Below, one piece after another: positions 57,147-64,000 of a stretch of 64,000 nt of DNA. Origin of the DNA: Candidatus Giovannonibacteria bacterium RIFCSPHIGHO2_12_FULL_44_22 (GTDB taxonomy: Bacteria > Patescibacteriota > Minisyncoccia > UBA11713 > 2-01-FULL-45-33); the NCBI GenBank assembly GCA_001778695.1, contig MFHU01000004.1, positions 210-64,209 of the forward strand. Reading direction: 5' to 3'. The notes under the pieces are model-generated. The model saw only the letters and a list, made by a program, of their open reading frames with translations, made no database searches and was not told the DNA's origin. Each line of letters starts with the position of its first letter. Position 1 is the first letter of the stretch. The translations under genes and the position numbers were made by a program.

Positions 57147-58895
57147 GTGGCGAAATTGAAGAAGGAAAATTTAATCGCGGGATGGCGCATCATCCTAAAA
57201 TATTTGAAGCCACATAAAGAGGCCGTTTTTGTTTTGGGCGTTTTTAGTGTAATTTCCGCGGTTGCCGACGCCAGCGTGCCGTATTTGGCGGGGAAAATAG
57301 TAGACAATATAAAAACGCCGGTGGCTTTTTATTTTATTGGCACATGGGTTTTGGTGAGAATATTAGGCGACGCGATAGATTGGAGATCCACATTGTTCAA
57401 TAACAAGCTACAAGGAAATTTAGAAAGCGAATATTTGGCGCATGGGCACGGTAAACTTTTAGAACTTTCGATGCCTTTTCATAAAACTCACAAGATGGGC
57501 GAGGTTGCCAATCGAATTTCTCGCGCTTCCAATTGGCTCAATAGTATTATTGGCGACGTGATAATTAATTTAGCCCCTCGGTTTTTGAGTATTATTTTCG
57601 CATTAGCTTTTGCTTTCTATATTAAGCCGGTGCTGGCGCTGGCCTTGATAGCGGGAGTTTTAATATATTGCTTTATTTTAACCAAAACCGCTCCCCAGAT
57701 TGCTGAGATGTCCCTAAAAATGCATCGCGCTTACAATATTGCCTATGGAGACGCGTATGATGCGGTTCTCAATGTACAGTCCGTAAAACAGGCTACGGCT
57801 GAAAATTATGAAAAGAAAAAAATGTATAGGAATTTTTTTACTCGAGCGTATGGTATTTGGTTTAACATGGAAAAACTCTGGAGCATGCTCGATATCTCGC
57901 AAAGAATTCTTGTAATTTTAGTACAGCTTTCGATTTTTATATTTTCCGTCGCTTTCGTACAAAATGGAACAATGACTATCGGTGAGTTGGTTATGTTTAA
58001 TGGATACGCCGCAATGTTTTTCGGCCCGTTTGTCGTTTTGGGAAACAATTGGAGGACAATTCAAAATGGGGTTGTAGCGCTAGAACGGGCCGAAAAAATT
58101 TTAAATTTGCCCACTGAACCGTATGTTCCGCAAAATGCAATAATTTTAGAAAAAGTTAGCGGCGGCGTAGAATTTCAAAATTTAAACTTTTCTTACAACA
58201 AAAAACAAGGAGAAATTTTAAAAAATATCTCTTTTAAAGTTTCGCCCGGGGAGAGTGTGGCTTTGGTCGGGGAATCTGGTGTCGGTAAAAGCACTCTGGT
58301 GGACTTGATTTCCTATTATTATAAACCGACTTCAGGAAAAATATTGATTGATGGGCACAATCTGAAAAATTTTGACCTTAAATTTTTGCGTTCGCAGATC
58401 GCGGTTGTGCCGCAGGAGATTCTGCTTTTTAACGATACCGTGAAAAACAATATCAGCTACGGAAGCTTTGGCGCGTCCGACACAAAAATACAAAATGCGG
58501 CCCGCCTTGCGCACGCCGATGAATTTATTGAAAATTTTCCCAAAAAATACGAACAGATGGTGGGAGAGCGCGGAATCAAGCTTTCCATGGGGCAGAAGCA
58601 GCGCGTTGCTTTGGCGCGGGCGTTTTTGAGGAATCCGAAAATTTTAATTTTGGACGAGCCGACCTCGGCTTTGGATGCAAAATCCGAGCGCTATATTCAG
58701 GACTCTTTCAAAGAGCTTATGCGTGGGCGCACGACTTTTATCATCGCGCATCGCTTAAGCACTGTGCGCGAAGTTGATGAAATTTTAGTTTTAGATCAAG
58801 GCGCTATTGTGGAACGAGGTTCGCATGACGCGCTTATCAAAAAGAAAGATGGAATTTACCGCAAGCTCTACGAACTCCAGCTTGGTTTCTCTTAG
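57147..58895 (+). CDS. ABC exporter, fused permease/ATPase (MsbA-like)
   Basis: 6 TM + GESGVGKST Walker A, LSMGQKQR signature, ILILDEPTSALD. Confidence 0.85.
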   Translation: MAKLKKENLIAGWRIILKYLKPHKEAVFVLGVFSVISAVADASVPYLAGKIVDNIKTPVAFYFIGTWVLVRILGDAIDWRSTLFNNKLQGNLESEYLAHGHGKLLELSMPFHKTHKMGEVANRISRASNWLNSIIGDVIINLAPRFLSIIFALAFAFYIKPVLALALIAGVLIYCFILTKTAPQIAEMSLKMHRAYNIAYGDAYDAVLNVQSVKQATAENYEKKKMYRNFFTRAYGIWFNMEKLWSMLDISQRILVILVQLSIFIFSVAFVQNGTMTIGELVMFNGYAAMFFGPFVVLGNNWRTIQNGVVALERAEKILNLPTEPYVPQNAIILEKVSGGVEFQNLNFSYNKKQGEILKNISFKVSPGESVALVGESGVGKSTLVDLISYYYKPTSGKILIDGHNLKNFDLKFLRSQIAVVPQEILLFNDTVKNNISYGSFGASDTKIQNAARLAHADEFIENFPKKYEQMVGERGIKLSMGQKQRVALARAFLRNPKILILDEPTSALDAKSERYIQDSFKELMRGRTTFIIAHRLSTVREVDEILVLDQGAIVERGSHDALIKKKDGIYRKLYELQLGFS

Positions 58896-58916
58896 ATAAC
58901 GTGTTAAAATTCTAAA

Positions 58917-60188
58917 ATGAAGTTTGAGAAGAGAACTTTTAAGAACGGCTTACGGTGCGTGGTAGCGCCGATGAAAGATACCCAGGCGGCGACTTTGTGG
59001 GCGCTTTTCGGGACGGGTTCAAAATACGAAATTAAAAAAACTAACGGCATTTCGCATTTTCTGGAGCATTTATTTTTTAAGGGCACAAAAAGCCGCCCTA
59101 AACCAGGACAAGTTTGGGAGGAACTTGATAGAATCGGCGCCCAAAAAAACGCTTTTACTTCTAAAGAATACACCGGTTATTACGTGAAAGCGGCTGCCAA
59201 GCATTTTGATATCGGACTGGATGTTGTCTCGGATATTTTATTGGAGCCGTTGTTTAAAAAAGAAGAAATTGAAAAAGAAAGAGGAGTAATTTTGCAGGAA
59301 ATCGCGATGTATGAAGATAACCCGCAACGCCAGGCCTATGATCTTTTTGAAGATTTAATGTATGGCGACCAGCCGGCAGGCTGGGATACTGCGGGGACGC
59401 CTGAAACGGTTAATAACATAAAACGCGATGATATTTTAAAATATAAAAACAGCCACTACCATGCTTCCAACGCAGTAGTCGCAGTTGCCGGGAACATTGA
59501 CCCCGAAGTTGCTTTTTCCAAGGTTGAGCGGGCTTTTAAAAACATGTCCGACGGCAGAAAAATTACGAAACTCAAAGTAAGGGAACGCCAAAAAAATCCC
59601 AGAGTTAAATTTAAGAAAAAAGATTTGGACCAAACTCATCTTAGATTGGGAGCGCGCTCCTATGAAATGTATGACGAAAGGCGCTACGCGCTTCAGGTTC
59701 TGGCTACGATTTTAGGAGGCAATTGTTCAAGTTATCTATGGAGAGAAATAAGAGAAAAACGCGGGCTGGCTTATTATGTGGGCGCATCTGCCGAAGAATA
59801 CACCGATTCTGGCTATCTTTTAGCAACCGCCGGCGTGGCTCATGAAAATTTGCCTAAAGCCGTAAAAAAAATTGTTGAAATTATGCGTCATCTTCGGACC
59901 AAAGGCGTGTCGGACAAAGAAATTAATTTTGCTAAGGAATATATCCGCGGTTCAATGGCTCTGGCTTTTGAAACAACCGACGAAGTCGCGACATTTTTAT
60001 CTTCCCAGGAGCTTTTTTATAAAAAAATAATGGCTCCGGAAGACATTTTAAGAAAGATTGAAGCCGTGAAAAGAAGTGATATTATAAAGGTAGCCAAGGA
60101 TATCTTCAGGCCGGAGAAAATCAACCTGGCGGCTATAGGTCCGCACGAAGAAGGCCAAGTTTATGAAAAAATATTAGCCCAAATTTAA
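58917..60188 (+). CDS. M16 family (pitrilysin/insulinase-like) zinc peptidase
   Basis: HFLEHLFFKGT inverted HxxEH motif. Confidence 0.8.
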   Translation: MKFEKRTFKNGLRCVVAPMKDTQAATLWALFGTGSKYEIKKTNGISHFLEHLFFKGTKSRPKPGQVWEELDRIGAQKNAFTSKEYTGYYVKAAAKHFDIGLDVVSDILLEPLFKKEEIEKERGVILQEIAMYEDNPQRQAYDLFEDLMYGDQPAGWDTAGTPETVNNIKRDDILKYKNSHYHASNAVVAVAGNIDPEVAFSKVERAFKNMSDGRKITKLKVRERQKNPRVKFKKKDLDQTHLRLGARSYEMYDERRYALQVLATILGGNCSSYLWREIREKRGLAYYVGASAEEYTDSGYLLATAGVAHENLPKAVKKIVEIMRHLRTKGVSDKEINFAKEYIRGSMALAFETTDEVATFLSSQELFYKKIMAPEDILRKIEAVKRSDIIKVAKDIFRPEKINLAAIGPHEEGQVYEKILAQI

Positions 60189-60190
60189 TT

Positions 60191-61231
60191 ATGCCAAACC
60201 GCGAACAATTGATAGAAATTTCTTTCTGGACGATGCTTAAAGCGGCGCTTTTGGTGTTTTTGATATGGGCGCTTTGGGAGCTCCGCGATTTTATGGCGGT
60301 GATGCTGCTTTCCATTGTCATTGCTTCGGCCATTGAGCCGGCTAATCATTTTTTCGCCAGATACCGCATTCCGAGAGCGCTTTCTGTAATTTTTATTTAT
60401 CTGGCCGCGTTTTTGATTTTTGCTTTGGTATTTTATTTAATAATCCCGCCGCTTTTTGGCGACGTGCTGGATTTTCTTTCATTTCTGCCTTCTTACATTG
60501 ATCAGGCCGTTGGTCCGCGAGGGTCGCTATTTTTACTGTTTCCGGAAATTCCAAAAGAACTTAATGGAATTATAAAACAAGGCGCGATTTCTTTGGAAAA
60601 ATATGTTGTTGATGTTTCTCCGGGGCTTTTTTCGGTTGGTACGACTTTATTCGGAGGAATTGCGTCCTTTGTTTTACTTATCGTGATATCTTTTTATTTG
60701 TCGGTACAAGAACACGGTATAGAAAATTTCTTGCGCATCGTAACGCCCTTAGAGCATGAGGCCTATATCTTGGATCTCTGGCAAAGATCTCAGAGAAAAC
60801 TTGGCAGATGGTTCCAGGGGCAGATTTTGCTCGGCGTTTTGGTCGGGGTTATGGTGTTTTTAGGGCTTACCATTTTAAACATCAAATATGCGATTTCTCT
60901 GGCTATATTGGCGGCCATTTTTGAGATTATTCCTGTATTCGGCCCTATAATGGCTGCCATACCAGCCGTTGTCATAGCTTTTATCCAAGCGCCTCTTTCC
61001 GGGCTTATGGTTTTGGGGCTTTTTATAATCGTCCAACAATTTGAAAATCATCTGATTTATCCCTTGGTGGTGAGAAAAACTATCGGTGTGCCTCCTTTGT
61101 TGGTGGTGATTTCTTTGGTGATCGGCGGAACTTTGGGAGGATTTTACGGCATAATCCTTTCGGTGCCAACAGCCGCTGTTTTGGTTGAATTTTTAAATGA
61201 CATCGCTTCCCGAAAAGCGCGAGTAAAATAA
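60191..61231 (+). CDS. AI-2E family transporter (UPF0118/PerM-like)
   Basis: 8 TM, 346 aa, characteristic topology. Confidence 0.75.
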   Translation: MPNREQLIEISFWTMLKAALLVFLIWALWELRDFMAVMLLSIVIASAIEPANHFFARYRIPRALSVIFIYLAAFLIFALVFYLIIPPLFGDVLDFLSFLPSYIDQAVGPRGSLFLLFPEIPKELNGIIKQGAISLEKYVVDVSPGLFSVGTTLFGGIASFVLLIVISFYLSVQEHGIENFLRIVTPLEHEAYILDLWQRSQRKLGRWFQGQILLGVLVGVMVFLGLTILNIKYAISLAILAAIFEIIPVFGPIMAAIPAVVIAFIQAPLSGLMVLGLFIIVQQFENHLIYPLVVRKTIGVPPLLVVISLVIGGTLGGFYGIILSVPTAAVLVEFLNDIASRKARVK

Positions 61232-61728
61232 AAAAATAGGGCAGCGTTTGATTTCCGCTACCCAATTTAGGGCAAGAGATGTTAAGTCAGTCCCAGCCAA
61301 CTTGCTATGGACGCTGCTAGGACTGTGGCATTCTCAATTTGTACACCCACCCACATCATGGCGGTCCCGCCAATGTAATAAATTGGCCACAATATCACGG
61401 CAAAAATTCTCACTTGTTTATCTCTTTTTCCGATTACCGGAATTGTATTATTGGCTGTTACAACTTTTTCCAAAAAACCATGTGGTTCTTGCACAAAAGG
61501 AAACACTGAATAAAATTCTTTTAATCATAATAATTCCTTCCTTTTGGGTTTATTTGGTTGCTGAGCCTATTTTATCTAAGATCATCTAGCCAAAGTATAC
61601 ACCCAAAAAAGGCCATTGTCAAGCCCTAGATTTAGCTTTAATTTTGAGATAAAATTGCGGGATGGCGAAGAAAGAAAGATGCGAATATCGTTGTTGATTT
61701 TTAGTAGAGCGTTTGCTATGATAGATTT

Positions 61729-61935
61729 ATGAACGGCGTATCAATTTTAGAAAAGACAAAAGATTATGTAACACTACGGTTTCCAAGGCGAATAGCGGAT
61801 TCTTTGGACCTGGAAAAATTTGCCCAAAAACGGGCAAAAACCGAGGATGAAATTTTACGGAAATTAGAGGTTGGGATGGCGGAATATCATGCCGGGAAAA
61901 CAAGGAAACTTAAGTCATTTCGCGATTTACGATGA
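61729..61935 (+). CDS. Putative antitoxin (paralog of 51718 ORF)
   Basis: 4-nt overlap with downstream RelE-like gene. Confidence 0.4.
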   Translation: MNGVSILEKTKDYVTLRFPRRIADSLDLEKFAQKRAKTEDEILRKLEVGMAEYHAGKTRKLKSFRDLR

Positions 61936-62201
61936 AGCGGAAGATCAATGTAGAATATTCTAGCGGCTTTAAACGCGCTTATGGGAAGTTAGATAACATT
62001 ATAAAAAAGAAAACAGAGCGCAGGATTAGTATTTTTCTACAAGATCTATTTGATAAGAGGTTGGATACTCACAAGCTTCACGGAAAGCTCCAAAACTTTT
62101 GGGCTTTTTCTATTGATGATAAATACCGCGTTGTTTTTGGTTTTGTGAATGATATGCAAGCAGTGCTTTTAGACATAGATGATCATGACTTGTATCGTTA
62201 A
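61932..62201 (+). CDS. RelE/ParE-family toxin (paralog of 52020 ORF)
   Basis: LDTHKLHGKLQNFWAFSIDDKYRVVFGF. Confidence 0.55.
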   Translation: MKRKINVEYSSGFKRAYGKLDNIIKKKTERRISIFLQDLFDKRLDTHKLHGKLQNFWAFSIDDKYRVVFGFVNDMQAVLLDIDDHDLYR

Positions 62202-62213
62202 ATAAAAAACAAC

Positions 62214-63800
62214 ATGGCAGAAAAATTTTATATTACAACTTCCATCCCTTATTTAAACGCCCCGCCGCATCTGGGGCATGCTTTGGAATATTTGCAGGCG
62301 GATGTTTTGGCGAGACACCAGCGACTTTTGGGCAAAGATGTTTTTTTTCTTTCTGGAACGGATGAGCACGGAGCAAAAGTCGCGCGCACAGCGGAGACCG
62401 CCGGGAAAACGCCCAAAGAATTTGTTGATAACCTTGCCAAAATTTTTCAGGATTTGCTGGGAAAGCTTAGTATTTCCAATGATGACTTTCTCCGCACTTC
62501 CGACCAAGCGCGTCATTGGCCCGGCGCTCAGCTTCTTTGGGAAAAACTGGCCGCTTCCGGAGATATTTACAAAGGTTTATACAAAGGTCTTTACTGCGTG
62601 GGGCATGAAGCTTTTATCACTGAAAAAGATATGGAGGGAGGCATTTGTGTTCTCCATAAAAAATCGCCCGAAGCCGTGGAAGAAGAAAACTATTTTTTTA
62701 AACTTTCAAAATACACTAACCGCCTCAAAGAGGCTCTAATGAAAGGCGAGTTTCAAATTTTACCAGAGTGGCGAAAAACGGAAACATTAAATATGTTGAA
62801 AGAAATCGGCGATGTAAGTTTTTCTCGCCCCGCCAAAGATATTTCTTGGGGGGTGCCTGTGCCAGGAGATGCCACGCAAACAATTTATGTTTGGTCAGAC
62901 GCGCTTGCTAATTACTTGACCGGAATTGGTTTTGGAACTGAATGGACAGAATTTTCCGCCAAAGGCGGATCCGCCTCTGGCGGAAAAAAATACTGGCCGG
63001 CAGATGTGCATGTGGTCGGCAAGGATATTATGAAATTTCATACGATTTTTTGGCCGGCGATGCTGATGTCGGCAGGACTACCGCTCCCCAAAATTATTTT
63101 CGTGCACGGATTTATCAATATGAAAGGGGAAAAAATGTCCAAATCTTTGGGAAATGTCGCCGACCCTTTTCAGCTTTTGGAAAAATACGGCGCGGACGCG
63201 GTAAGATTTTATTTGGCGCACGAAGTTCCAGCTTTCGGGGACTCCGATTATTCCCTAGAACATTTTCATGAGGTTTACGAAGGGTTTTTAATGAATGGCT
63301 TGGGAAATCTTTTGAGCCGCACTGTGAAAATGATGTCTGTTTTGGGCGCCATTTCCCGGCCGGAGGAATCAGCTTTAGCCAGATATCCCATTAAAAAAAG
63401 TTTTAATTTTTTAATGAGCGAAGGAAAATCATGGTCTTTTGAGGAAGCCTCGCCTATGTCTTTGGCGGACGGCGCGCTTTGGCCGGCTTATCAAAAAGCA
63501 ATGGATTCCTATGACATATCTTCCGCCATAAAAAATGTCTGGATTTTTTTGGGAAGGCTGGACGAATATATTGAGGGTTACAAAGTTTACAAAATGGCAA
63601 AATCTAATCCCGAAGAAGCTAAAATTATTTTATGGCATCTGGCATATTCTTTGGCTTCCGTGGCTTGGATGATTAAGCCGTTTATGCCGGATACGGCAGA
63701 TAAAATTTTATCGGTTTTGGGAGTGACAGCTAATTCACGCGAGCCTTGGATAAAATTTTCAGCTAAAGAATCCGCGCATCTTTTTCCAAGAGTTAAATAA
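62214..63800 (+). CDS. metG: Methionine--tRNA ligase
   Basis: PHLGHALEY (HIGH), KMSKSLGN; contains 30-nt palindromic insert. Confidence 0.9.
   Translation: MAEKFYITTSIPYLNAPPHLGHALEYLQADVLARHQRLLGKDVFFLSGTDEHGAKVARTAETAGKTPKEFVDNLAKIFQDLLGKLSISNDDFLRTSDQARHWPGAQLLWEKLAASGDIYKGLYKGLYCVGHEAFITEKDMEGGICVLHKKSPEAVEEENYFFKLSKYTNRLKEALMKGEFQILPEWRKTETLNMLKEIGDVSFSRPAKDISWGVPVPGDATQTIYVWSDALANYLTGIGFGTEWTEFSAKGGSASGGKKYWPADVHVVGKDIMKFHTIFWPAMLMSAGLPLPKIIFVHGFINMKGEKMSKSLGNVADPFQLLEKYGADAVRFYLAHEVPAFGDSDYSLEHFHEVYEGFLMNGLGNLLSRTVKMMSVLGAISRPEESALARYPIKKSFNFLMSEGKSWSFEEASPMSLADGALWPAYQKAMDSYDISSAIKNVWIFLGRLDEYIEGYKVYKMAKSNPEEAKIILWHLAYSLASVAWMIKPFMPDTADKILSVLGVTANSREPWIKFSAKESAHLFPRVK
62955..62984. 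repeat. 30-nt double-hairpin palindromic element, in-frame in metG
   Basis: TCCGCCAAAGGCGGATCCGCCTCTGGCGGA encodes SAKGGSASGG. Confidence 0.9.
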
Positions 63801-64000
63801 TGAAACCGAGATTAATAGATGTTCATACTCATACGCAGTTTGCGGAATTTGATATTGATAGAGACGCTGTGATTTGTCGCGCGCTGGATGCCGGCATTTG
63901 GATGATTAATGTCGGCACGGACCGGCGCATGTCAGAAAGCGCCATCGGACTGGCTTCTAAATATGAAATTGGGGTTTTCGCGACAGCGGGGCTTCATCCG
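63800..64000 (+). CDS. tatD: TatD-family hydrolase (5' partial, runs off window)
   Basis: MKPRLIDVHTHTQFAEFD...; ATG overlaps metG stop. Confidence 0.7.
   Translation, partial: MKPRLIDVHTHTQFAEFDIDRDAVICRALDAGIWMINVGTDRRMSESAIGLASKYEIGVFATAGLHP

Noticed and set aside
61248-61589. Overlapping + and - small ORFs after the AI-2E transporter
   Set aside because: Mutually exclusive frames with no distinguishing signal. The region may instead hold a bidirectional terminator-like stem (GGGCAGCG...CGCTACCC) at about 61236-61262.
1-64000. CRISPR array / cas operon
   Set aside because: No tandem direct repeats with unique spacers anywhere. The only Cas-like feature is the Cas2-like fold of the PaaX-like protein.

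Overview
This 64-kb window comes from a compact, AT-rich bacterial genome that uses the standard genetic code (UGA is a stop codon) and looks like a Candidate Phyla Radiation / Patescibacteria organism. The evidence is that rpmD (L30) is absent, there are lineage-specific r-protein extensions, ComEC is split into two ORFs, almost no core gene has a Shine-Dalgarno sequence, and small toxin-antitoxin cassettes are frequent.

Gene content, in order:
- M50 protease.
- str operon (rpsL-rpsG-fusA), then a 1.1-kb accessory insertion, then tuf.
- The S10-spc r-protein super-operon, continuing through secY-adk-map.
- A hicBA cassette flanked by a duplicated map 3' end.
- GT2, galT, tpiA and pgk.
- A cluster of PD-(D/E)xK nuclease, DHH phosphoesterase, serine hydrolase and RNase H.
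- Split comEC, ndk, and a beta-CASP RNase.
- A DUF433/DUF5615 cassette flanked by a 60-70-bp duplication.
- LOG-like protein, permease, P-type ATPase, DedA, and a PaaX/Cas2-like protein flanked by palindromes.
- FMN reductase, UDG4, a RelE-like pair, PolX, and a Znu-like ABC transporter.
- On the minus strand, rplT-rpmI-infC.
- smpB and tmRNA.
- argS, then ileS carrying an inserted histidine-phosphatase domain.
- Two more RelE-like pairs.
- recO, GIY-YIG, a large surface protein, glyS, an ABC exporter, M16 peptidase, AI-2E transporter, metG, and the start of tatD.

Three things found by direct reading are the most unusual:
- A family of 67/136-nt hairpin (MITE-like) elements bounded by TATG, whose 3' ATG is the start codon of the downstream gene. 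There are six copies, plus a 31-nt mini copy inside recO.
- A 30-nt double-hairpin palindrome (TCCGCCnnnGGCGGATCCGCCnnnGGCGGA) inserted in-frame into four housekeeping genes: the P-type ATPase, recO, ileS and metG.
- Small gene cassettes bracketed by duplicated ends of the host genes.
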